Shown one piece after another: positions 13,201 through 24,400 of a DNA stretch of 64,000 nt. The stretch's first letter is position 1; every line of letters starts with the position of its first letter. Source of the DNA: Balanoglossus misakiensis. Its lineage: Eukaryota; Animalia; Hemichordata. The stretch is from assembly GCA_040954595.2 (NCBI GenBank), contig CM082590.2, forward strand, positions 8,991,764 through 9,055,763, written 5' to 3'. A model generated the notes under the pieces. The model saw only the letters and a program-made list of their open reading frames with translations. It did not search any database and was not told where the DNA came from. The translations under genes were made by a program, and so were the position numbers.

Positions 13201-16200
13201 GGGTTCGCTCAGGAAGTCGTTGGCGGATTCTGAGCCGGGATCTGGGTGCGCGCCCTCTGTGGTTGTTTCGTCTGGACTGTTCGTGTCGTCTTCGTTCACT
13301 GCGCTCTCGTTTTCTGCTGGCGTTGGGTCTCCTTCCTCTGTTTCGTCCATACTGGTGTACGCTAGCATGTACGCAGCGATGTTCTTCGACCTTGGCGAGG
13401 GTTCGAGATTCGTCAGATCTTGCTTCAAGAAATTCATTTCGTTTTCAGAATCTGACTCCGAGTCCCTCCTCATATCCTCCATCAACATCTTTGCGACGAC
13501 ATTGTCTTTTTGTCGGTGGAGACCTCGTTTAGAGAATTTCAGGTTTTGACCGTTTTTCATTTCGTTAGCCAGCATCTCTGCAACAGCATTGTAAGTTTCT
13601 GAGTTTAAGTCAATGTCTTTCTTGGAAAAGCTTGCTTTGTTTTGGTCTTCATGGTTCATATCCTCTGGTATTGTTTCAGCCACTACCTTGAAATTTGCAG
13701 ACACAAGATTTGCAGACACAAGATCCATGTCCTTTGAAAAATCTCCCTTGCTTTCTGATTCAATGTTCATGTCTTCTGCGATCATTTCTGCCACAATGTT
13801 GTTGCTGTTGCTGTAACTGTCATGTTTCGTGAATGTAAAATCACTGGCATTTTGTACATCAAGTTCAAACAATTTGGACATTTCGTCGATCTCCCCGTTC
13901 TCCATAGACATGTCTTCAGCGATAGTTTCAGCTACAACATTACTGCCCGAATCTGCCAGATTTTTGGTAACGAAATCAATCCTTTCACTATCCCTCTTCA
14001 TATCCTTTGCGATCTCCGCAGCAATGACGTTATGTTCAAAGTTCGTCAGTTCCTTTTTGGCAAAATTTATCTCTCCCGCATCTTTTGCCATGTCTGCTGC
14101 AATCATTTCAGCAACAATGTTATTTTCACTGCTAATTAATTCCCTGTTCGCAAAGTTGATCTCATCCTCGTCTTCAGAAATGTCATCTGCGATTGCTCTA
14201 GCGACGACATTGTGGGTGAAATTTAACAAATCCTTCTTCATAAAAGCAAAGTCTGTTGTGTCTTCCTCAATGCATTCAACATCAGTGTTCCTCTGCTGTG
14301 TTGGATTGCCCTCCACCAAATTTGTGACGTCGTTTTCCCTTTCCATATCATCAGCAAAAGCACTCGCAACAACATTGTATCTGAAGTTTGTCAGACCTTT
14401 CTTGATGAAGACAATGCCTTGATCCCTCGAGTCATCCTTAGTGACACTCACACTATTGGGTAATTCATCTCTTTTGGTATTACTAGTATTTGTGTGGTTA
14501 TCAATATCACAAATCAAGTCCTGCATTGAACCATTGCTGTTCGAAACAACACCACGTCCTGTCTGTGTCTCTGCAGTCATATCACTGGCTATCATCTCTG
14601 CGACTACATTTTCTATCTTTCCATCATTTCCTGTCTTTCCGTCATTTTCTGTCTTTCCGTCATTTTCCGACAGATCCAGACCACCACCATTGATGTTCAT
14701 GTCCGCAATGCCCGAATTCCCGTTTTCTGTACTGGAATAGAAATCGTGATAATTTTCCTCTTCTTCCACTTCTCTCAGCCGCTCGTGGACAGCGTACGCC
14801 ACGCCGGGGTTGCTGAGGTCAACGCTCTTTTGCTTCGTATCGCCGATCTCGCTGAGCTCGGCGTCGCTGAGACTGCTGTACGAATTCTGCGGTGTCAGTG
14901 GAATCAATGGACTCTGTGTTGTTCCGGTATTTTCGTTGGCGTTCTCCGGGCTGATCAGGATCGGGATCGGAAGAGATCCCTGGTTGCCGTCTGCTTCCAG
15001 CAGCTCACTTCCGTCTACCAGTAGAGCCATGGATTGCTTGTTGTGGGAAAGACCGCTAAATCCGCTGTTCAATGGAAGATCATCTGCTCCGAACGGTTCT
15101 GTGTTCACTGGCTGTGATGTCCACTCTCCTGTGGCAAAGATATCCTGGCTGACCCCAGTATTGTTAACCCCATCCGGGTCAGGAGTTTTCAACATTAGCG
15201 AGTCTCCCTGTGAGAGATCGTAACCACTGTCATCGCTTGCACTTGTGGGGCTTACGAGTTCCGGGGAAAGAAACGCATTCGCGTCACCACCGAACGGATC
15301 CGAATTGGCGTTATTGTTCGTATTCTGTTCTCCAGAGGGCGCTGTATTGAACGGATTGAATCCAAGCAAATCCGCGCTGCCGTGTTGTGAACTGACTGGC
15401 GTGTTCGCGGCTGTGGTGGGTTCTGACGGCAGATCTGATAATCCTGAACTCCTCGCGCTCAGAGTATCGCTGTCTAGATCCATCACATCACTGTTAGGGG
15501 ACGCGATGTCCGACTTCGTTGCACTGTCCTCGGTCATGCTTTCTAGGAGTTCCGTGAAAATCGGCATCACTTTCTTCCTGGAGGCCTTGATGTTGCCCTG
15601 GTGATAGGTGGCCACCTCCTCGAATTCGGTAACCATGGGAGACAGATCCAAGTCTGGCGTTATGGAGCATTCCAGCTTAAAGATGATGTCTTGTTTTACG
15701 TTGCTATGGCGGTGAGCAAAGACAGCCAGTTGTCTGCTGATGTTGCCTTCGTCGATGCTGATTGCCATGACGACAAGGATGTCAAAGTTTTGTGCATTGC
15801 AGAAACTTCGCAGTTCTTCTAATACATTGTCTCTTTGGAGAAATTTCTGAATAAAACAGAAATAATATTTATCAGTGAAAGACACATAGATGTGTTTTTG
15901 TTAAGAGTGACAGGTAAATGTTACCAGGACTCCCAAGTCAAACCAGGGTTCATCTTGGTATAACAATGCTGTTGTATTGTTATAACAATGCTGTTGTATT
16001 GTTATAACAATGCTGTTGTATTGTTAACAGGGAGCAAACTGAAAAAATCCATAAATGATAGGATACGTACTTCTAGATGATGTGTTATTGAAGAGAATCC
16101 TATTCTGACAATACTGTTGGAGAGGCACTTCAGATCTTTGAGTAGGATCTCATCTGTTTCCAAATCTGCAAAGTGGAAAAATAAACAGATATAGTGACAC

Positions 16201-19200
16201 TTGACATTATCTGGTTACAGCTGTAACTGGTACGAGTGATTCATACACTTATGACCCTTTCACCCCCCCGTTTTCTTTTCAGAGGTCCAACCTTACCATA
16301 GAAAACAATGGATGTGGACTGAACCACGGTGGTGAAAGGGGTTAGGCTAGTGATCACCATCTCTTGTAGCTATACTTTCACAATCAGACACGACTAGTCT
16401 AACTTATAAGACTTACCTGAGACATCACATTTTGCCGTCTGCAATGATTCAAACAACTCTTTCTTGTCCACATTCGGAAATCGTCTCTCCAGTTGTTCTG
16501 CCATAGATTCGTCTTTCGATGTCGCTTTTCCGGCCGCGGGGTCAAAGTTTATCGTGTCCACAACAATAGTACCTGAAGCAGAACAATTATATTGAAAATG
16601 GAAAGTTAAAACACAGATTTTTCAGTGCAAATATAACTTGTATCCTGGAATTATTTTTTTCTAGATTGTGATGCAACTAGCATTAGTCACTTAAAATGAA
16701 GTTAGTCACTTAAATTGTATTCCATATGCAAGGGATCTACACACTGTATGGTGTACTTACCAAGTAACAATGTCGCAATTTCTTCACTCAACACAGAAAT
16801 ATCAGCATCTACAATTTTCTCAGTCACTAAAGTGGAACAGGATCCCACCATCTCTATGGTGATGCGGCAGTTCTCGTCTCCATCGCCCCGCTGGTTGCTA
16901 CGGTGATCAATCACCTCGGCAACACAGCTGTCCAGGTCTTGGTCTTTTTGCTGCAGCAGGTTGTGGTCGACAAGAGTGAGGGTGAGTTTGTTCTGACCGG
17001 AGAGGTCGTGGAGGTCAATTTCATCTTGGAAGGTCAAGTTCGTGCTGCTGATGTCAAGGCGACGGAGGATGTATGTGACTTCTGTACGGAGTCTGAAGTC
17101 TTTCCGAGGGATGTCTAAAACGGGAATATAGGCAACATTTTCTGTGCCTGGATTTGTCTGGAAATAAAAGAAGAAAATAATGCATTTCTTACTTACTGAT
17201 CGCGAACACTGAGGTGTGATACAGAAATAAAGAAAGAAATGTTCACATTTTCTACACATTGATCGTGAAAACTGAGGTTCAATATGGCATTGGCATACAT
17301 GATTTATTCAACTTCAACAAAAAACTTGGAATTACCGGTATGTGCAGTGTTTATAGGTATGTGAGCTCCCAGACACCAATGAAGTCAATAAGTATAGATT
17401 GTATAACAATTACCTTATCTAAGAAGTAAGCATAGACCAGAGCTGATACAGTCGAGTCTAAATCACACGCTTCATTTCCAATGACAACATGGATCTTCTC
17501 GTAACTGGACAAGTTGGTCTGCAAGGGAAACAGACAATATATGAAAAGGGCCATCGAGATACATGAAGTCAAACCTGTGTTAGTGGTCACTATGGTAAGG
17601 TTGGACCTCTAAGGAGGAAACTGGGTGACGATTGTGTCATTATTTGTAAATTTTTGAAAGGGAAATAATTTTGAATGCCGTTCACGGAAATGACAGTTCA
17701 CAGACTGCGCCGGTACCGATCAGTCATTATGACAACGCGCAAGGCAGGATAACACCCTTTTCTATACAGGATCTTTGCTTATTAAATGGGTGCATTGTGT
17801 CAGATTAGATCGGAACAGATATTAATGGCTACATGTCAATCAAGAATGAGCCAATGCTGACCTGATTATAATACAGACAGTGAACTTTGCTGAAATCCCA
17901 TGAGGAAAATAAATTTACTGGAAAATATTTATTATTAATGCCTATAAAAATAACATCATTATAGAATACATGTACAAGGTTTGCTAATAGTAATTATTAT
18001 ATGTTCATTTGTCTGTCTAATCACTGAGTAATTCAATTGTGAATATTAACATGTATAAATCTAATGAATACAAATCATTTAACCTTTAACCTTTGCACTC
18101 TGATCCCAAGGACATTTAATTTTGATATGCAATGATGCACACACATGCAAGCTGATGGCAACTGTAATATCATATCATATTCTGAGCAGCCTTCTGTGGT
18201 GTTTATCAACGAACCAGATGTGCGTCAAATTACAAACAGGATATTTGCTGAGATTCCTCATACATGTACAAAATGCCACAATACGAAATCTATAAATAAA
18301 TACTGAAACACCCAAGCACAAAATGACAGTACAATGATACAGAATGAAATTATAGAAATGACATCAATTTTACTATCTTGTCCTGATAAAAGATTACTCA
18401 GTACATTGACGTATGATACAAAATGTATGTAATAAAAATAGCGCAACCATAGACCACTATGCGATAGGGTACCTGCAATGCATGATGGTATAATTTGCGT
18501 TCGACATAGCGTCTAGTACATGGCTAACACACGTGCTCAGAACGCAAACTGTCCCACAACACCCTGCGTTATTCTATCCGCGAAGTGGTCCATGATAAAT
18601 ACACAAACAGAATTGCCACTGAATTAGTTTTAACAACAGCTCACTCCCACCCTGGTTAATTGTGTATGCACGGTAAAAGTTCACAAATATGCCCTTTGAC
18701 CTGTCGTATATCAAACACCTAAGCAGGATTTGCGAACACATTCCATTGCATATTAGAATCACCCAGGCATGCGAGGAGAGTGCAGTTTCTCATACACTTA
18801 ACACAGCACTGATTTTCACGCTATGCAATAATCGTTCAGAATGCTAGTCATCACAACTATTACTAAATAATTTCCGATGATGTTTATTTCTCGTAAATGC
18901 TGACGTCATGGAGGATCTACGTGATCTACGTCACTGAATCACAAGTTGTCCGTAACGAATTTGCCTCATTGACTTCTCTTTACATTCTTCACATTGCTTT
19001 GCTAAATCACAGCTACAAATGACGCGACCAGCCACGTTTGCAAACGCAGACAGTGGCCGTTGAAATGTAATGGTTCGCGTGGATATACGATAGATTGTTA
19101 TCTTATAGGGTTACATCAGATAACGTGACAGTGTGCGTCAGCTGGTATTACGGTTGAAATTAAACGGTTCACACACATAAAAACCACTATATAATTTAAC

Positions 19201-20661
19201 CTTTTACCCCTATTTTTGCTATATTGGTCCAAACCAGTGTATCAAAAATCACAGGGTAGAAACCAATGTAAGTCATGAAAGAGGTAAAGTCAGTGGACTT
19301 AGAAACCTGTATTTACAGAGTTGTGTTTCTTAACTGTATGCAAAATGATCACACATATGGGAAAATGTACCAGTATAACATACCAGGACACTCCACAATT
19401 ACTGGCAGTGTTAAGTTCCCTATCTTAATAGCTCGAAGAAAAGACTTTTGATTTTAAACAATGACAAATATTTCCATTGTGAATGTCTTTGTTTAAGTTC
19501 TATGGTGCATGCAAAATCCAATTATGTAAACCCTTGGCCAACCTTCATGTTAAACATATCCGCCAAACAGAAATGTAAATTTACTAAGAGTTTTAATTGT
19601 TTCTTTTGCTGAAAAGTTTACAATAATTGTCAATATACCTGTGATAATATAGTTACGTACAATTACGTTCTGATACCAGGGCGAGACAAGTTTGGTATGC
19701 AAATAACTGGTTGCATAACAACTGTTTACAGTAACTTATGACCAGAATGGCCTGAAAACACCAAAATCAATTGTGTAGTCTACTTTCATTTTTTGAGAAA
19801 AAAATATGTTAATTAAAATTAACGTTATGTTTATTTGGGTACATTTGAGTTTGAAAATCAACATTTAAACTATTTAAGAGTGTCCATACGCCCTTTATAA
19901 AGAACAGAAGCTATAATATTTTCATTTTACAACTGATTTTGGCAAAGTGTGATAATGGTATAGTCAGCCAAGAGACAATATTTCACTTGGCTGTCTATGA
20001 TTTCATTGAATGGTGCTATGATATAGACCAGACAGATGGTGGACTTGTTATTAAAATAACAGTTTTGGTAACATTATCTGACAGGTACAAGTTAGTAAAT
20101 AAACTCATAGAACACTATATATAGCTGGAATTTCTTCTATATCAGACTGATGTCCTGGCTATGACGCATACTAGTAAATATTGCAGACGACATAGATACT
20201 TGTGTCATGTGATGTTAGCTAGTTCTACGTGATCGTATAAACTAACTGACGCAATATGATATGAAAAACTACCACTTCATATCATAGTGTATGTATATTT
20301 CATAACATATTACTTTGAAAGCTTACAAAGTATATATTTATCTGTTTTAGGGGGTGTGGTCGTTCTATTATTATCCAGGTCGTCTGAGGTGTTAATGAGT
20401 CACCCGTGACCTTAGATGATCAGATTTCGTGGTTTGAATAAAATAAAGGTTCATCTTTGGAGTAAATGGTCGAATTTGACAAAAAATGGCTCAATTTAAC
20501 AAGACCAACCATCGAATATCTGAGGAAATACACAGTATCACAGAGTATGTTCTCAGATACATGTAATGTACACACAAACAGAAACTATACAACACGGAAG
20601 CGATCGCTAAATAATGTCAACTCACCAACTTATTTTTCGTTTCTTGTAGAAATCGATCCAT
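1214..20661 (-). CDS. PRUNE2: Protein prune homolog 2-like (DHH/DHHA2 exopolyphosphatase domain + giant acidic disordered region + BNIP2/BCH CRAL-TRIO-like domain), about 3805 aa
   Basis: Phase-consistent GT-AG exons: 20661-20626 ([12 protein letters not shown]), 17518-17414 ([22 protein letters not shown]), 17157-16761 ([18 protein letters not shown]), 16572-16417 ([10 protein letters not shown]), 16165-16071, 15846-6882 ([15 protein letters not shown] then acidic region), 6341-5667, 5346-5131 (EMEWE), 4778-4611 ([20 protein letters not shown]), 4197-4095 ([18 protein letters not shown]), 3906-3775, 3660-3574 ([14 protein letters not shown]), 3350-3252 ([10 protein letters not shown]), 1397-1214. 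N-terminus resembles PRUNE-family starts; C-terminus is a typical BCH domain. Last-exon choice is uncertain. Confidence 0.92.
1534..1630 (+). mobile_element. MITE family B, partial copy
   Basis: tacagtcaaaccatgttagtgaccacctctatatagtggccactttg matches the 73-bp unit. Confidence 0.75.
2444..2472. repeat. (TGTGT)n pentanucleotide microsatellite
   Basis: tgtgttgtgttgtgttgtgttgtgttgt directly visible. Confidence 0.85.
2679..2706 (-). CDS. Candidate 28-nt alternative micro-exon of the PRUNE2-like gene (FDEKKRKKK)
   Basis: Poly-T tract + taag acceptor, then A TTT GAT GAG AAG AAG CGC AAG AAA AAG, then gtacat donor. Entry phase 2 matches the 3252 donor. Confidence 0.55.
4349..4441. mobile_element. 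piggyBac-like ~90-bp MITE (family A), representative full copy
   Basis: ttaa-CCCTTTCACC...GGTGAAAGGG-ttaa: TTAA flanks and CCCT/AGGG termini. Other full or partial copies at approximately 2535-2628, 4509-4601, 5567-5655, 16253-16345, 17580-17625, 23570-23667, 25606-25698, 25972-26050, 26405-26495, 26710-26786, 29393-29485, 30427-30519, 35124-35180, 36260-36340, 57826-57918, 60414-60468. Confidence 0.85.
15957..16027. repeat. Short tandem repeat (~22 bp), about 3 copies
   Basis: tataacaatgctgttgtattgt repeated in PRUNE2-like intron 5. Confidence 0.85.
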
Positions 20662-21426
20662 CCTTCGCTTTCTATATATCCATCCCGACGCAACCTATTA
20701 ATATGATCGTTGTGTGAGTCCAGGTACTTGTCAAAAACAGTCTCAAAACACACAAGGTAGACGATCGCATAGACTGTGTACGTACACACAGGTTGCTGAT
20801 AGTTCACTGTTCGTGAATGACACTGGCCTACCGAGGCCGAGGTCCCTTTCCCCGTTCCTTCATAAATACTTCACGAATTACCCACTATGCAACTCGCGCG
20901 TACAACGTAGCACAGTTTGCCGCAGTGCTACCTGGGAGTGGCAGGGAATGCAATATCATGGTGGTGGAGTCTGTGACCCCAGAAACGAACATGAAACGAA
21001 ATTGACTACATGAAATCGATTGAAATATTAGCATGTTGGTATCAGAACGGGAAACATGGTTATTTGAGGCGTTTTCTTCGGAAATAAAGCACACAAATTT
21101 TAGACAACATTTGTTAACCTCCCTTTTCCGTTAGGGAGAGTTGGCGGCGCCCTCTTATATGACGTTAACTGGTTTTGATGACGAAGTACACACCGATCGG
21201 ATCAATCGGCCTTGTTGTCGTCTGGAACCTGGTTGGAAATGTACACAACGAAATGAACACATTTCTGTCTCATATATGGCTCGATCGACCCTAGTATATA
21301 TCAGTGGGTTCTATTTCTCCTCGATCTTATCCAAACCAGCGGGGATCTACTGCAGGTGACCCCAAAACAGTGTGTGCTCCAGATCGGTCATCAACTCGAT
21401 CGACCACTTCCGTGATTGTTTAGTTC
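20662..21426. promoter_or_regulatory. Putative bidirectional promoter / 5' UTRs between PRUNE2-like and MAN2A genes
   Basis: Divergent ATGs at 20661 (-) and 21427 (+), 765 bp apart; CpG dinucleotides visibly more frequent than in flanking introns. Confidence 0.6.
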
Positions 21427-24400
21427 ATGTTTGTACCGAAATTCTACAAGATGCGGCGATACTATGCAGTGTTGGGGACCTCTGTTTTCTTCGTAGCGAT
21501 CTTTTCCATGTATTTACTGCTCGATCAAGCAGCCAACACATCTGGGATCAACCGACAACTCCATGAGGTAAGGTCCAATCCCAGATCCCCCCATATACCC
21601 CTCAAGTTGAAACATATCCCAGATCTGATGGCTAATAATTAATATACCAGTAACTCACATAAAGTCATGTTGAAGTCGACATGTATCAAACCAAATATGT
21701 TTCTATGGCAATCGTTTGTATGCAATCAGTCAGGTCTAGGACATGATTGCATTTATGATAGCTGCTATATAAACTAAGTCTAGTCCTGGGTAGTGTTTTG
21801 GGGGGTGGGGGGTAGGGTGGGGGCGATGACCACACTAATTCACCATGCATCCAGTACCAGCTTGGGAACCGACCAGTACATTGAACATTAATGCCAGTTG
21901 CAACGTGTTTCATGCACATTTTTTATTACAAAAACCTAAGCAATATTTTCTTTTGACTTATTTTTGCCACAGAACAGTGTTAAATTTACGTCACCGGTTT
22001 CATTGAATGATGTGTCAATATCATGAACAAAAATTTTAAATTTTGATGATTTTACAGAGAAATATTTTTTTTATTTCCCCCTTAACCATCTTTCCATATG
22101 GTGCAAAATTTAAACATTTCAAATATCGGTATATATTGCATTTGTCATGGGTTGGACAAAATAAAAAAACATGGTATACATGTTCTAATTATGTAAATGT
22201 TCATTTCTTAATTTAGTTCATGCGTATACTGTACCAGCTTTATTCAGAAAAATTAATTTTGCGATGTGTTTGCGAGAGAGCTGGTATAGTTGATCTGGTA
22301 TGCATTTTTTTCCTGCATATTTCTCAAGTGATTTGGAATATTATTTTTTTCTTCTAAAATTTGTGCGACAGGCACACCATCTTTTATGGCTATGGGTTTA
22401 AATTTCTACTTGTCTTATTCTGCACCGTTTTGCAATATTTCATCTCATTTAGCACGCTTTTAGGTATTCCATGATTTAGTAGGTCTCTGGGCTGTTGTGC
22501 AGTTTAAGAGGAGAAAACGTCAAGTCCTGATTTAGGCTTTTGCTGAGAAATGACTGTAATCTGCCATTAATCGTTGAAAATGCATCGTAAAACGTCGCCT
22601 AAATGTCCGTTAGTAATGGGTATACTGTGGAATTCTCAGGAGATTTAGCGAAACAAGATTTATTTCACTGTCAGGGTTTCTATGGACCAGGAAAATCCCG
22701 GAATGCTGGGGTATTTGAAACTGGAAAGTCATCATGGAAAATTCAGATCTTGCCGGTAGATAGTGCTCAGGAGATTTGGCGAAACGAGATTTATTTCACT
22801 GTCTCGGTTTCAATGGACCAGGAAAATCCCGGAATGCTATGATATTTGAAATGGGAAAGTCATGGAAAACAGAGATCTTGGTGTTTGCTTGGTTGTTTTT
22901 GCCAGTAGATACTGCTAAGTCAATTAATGTTTGCAACAAACATGGTAATACTAATTTAGGAACAATTTTACAAATGTGTTTATAAGTGTGCACCTTACAA
23001 TTTATTGCTTTACTGTAGTCAAAATTCTTTCTAAATTCACAGTATAAAACTGTCCTTGAATTGTGAATAGTTTGGAACGTAAAAATTTAAAATCCTATTC
23101 TTGTAAGTTAGCAATATATTGTGTGTTCGGTCGTCAAAATTCTTCCTAATATTGCTTAGTAACTGTCTTGGTGTTTTGAATAGCTAGGAATGTACATAGT
23201 ATGTGTACAGACTCTATTATGGCCCTAATAGCCTGCAGCAATGCATATATCCCTTGAGTTCAGTGATCAGTCATGGTTGGTTGGTTATTTCTACAACATT
23301 GGTCGCTATTCCCCTGTGGGCACATCACACCCTTCCACCCCCATTTCAGTGTGTTATGGTCCGGCGTCTCCATTTGAAATACATAAGGCTTAGACCAAGG
23401 CATTGCAATGAAGGGGTTGTTGCACATCCTATCAGGTTAACAAGTAATGGGATAATTCACACGTTTATTTATTTTTCTACTTTGTTAAGCATTTCAAGTG
23501 AGTTGGTGATAGCCATTGATAGCTGTTGATACTGAGGGTCAGTTTGTTACAGTAACTGTTGAAATACTTCACCCTTTCACCCCCAGTTCCCTGTCTAGAG
23601 GTCCAACCTTACCATAGACTATAATAGGTTTGACCACTTAAGAAGGAACTGGGGGTGAAAGGGTTAAATAAAGTTTAATCAATAATATTTTGAATTCCAG
23701 AGCGAAATCTCTGTGCTTGAAACCAAACTGCAAAACTTAGAAGACAGTCTCTCCAGGAATCGAGACACCATCAACCAGATTCGAGACACGGTCAAATCGC
23801 TGGCCGAAGGGAAAAGCCAAGATGTGGTCAAGATGCAACAGCCAGCGGCCGACAAGGGTAACGTCCATGTACCGCAGGACCGGGAGAGAGGGATGGATTA
23901 CGGCGACGCGGTGAAGTTCAATGGTGCTGTGGCTACAGTGGATAAGGATGAGTGTACGTTTGGTGATACGCCTAGTGGGGTATCGGCTGATGTCAAGGTG
24001 AGGGTCATAGGTCACAGGTCAAGTGACAGGTACATGTACAGTCAAACCTGTGTTAGTGGCCACCTCTATATAGTGGCCACTTTGTTACAGTCCCTGTGCA
24101 ATTTACATGTACAGTCAAACCTGTGTTAGTGGCCACCTCTATATAGTGGCCACTTTGTTACAGTCCCTATGCAATTTACATGTACAGTCAAACCTGTGTT
24201 AGTGGCCACCTCCATATAGTGGCCACTTTGTTACAGTCCCTGTGCGATTAACATGTACAGTCAAACCTGTGTTAGTGGCCACCTCTATATAGTGGCCACT
24301 TTGTTACAGTCCCTATGCAATTTACATGTACAGTCAAACCTGTGTTAGTGGCCACCTCTATATAGTGGCCACTTTGTTACAGTCCCTATGCAATTTACAT

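Noticed and set aside
5620-15822. Numerous plus-strand ORFs of 60-244 aa
   Set aside because: Antisense shadows of the PRUNE2-like exons; no motifs or splice support.
6832-15885. Stand-alone 3017-aa intronless gene
   Set aside because: ORF start is a GTG inside an intron pyrimidine tract; acceptor at 15846 and donor at 6882 link it to DHH and BCH exons.
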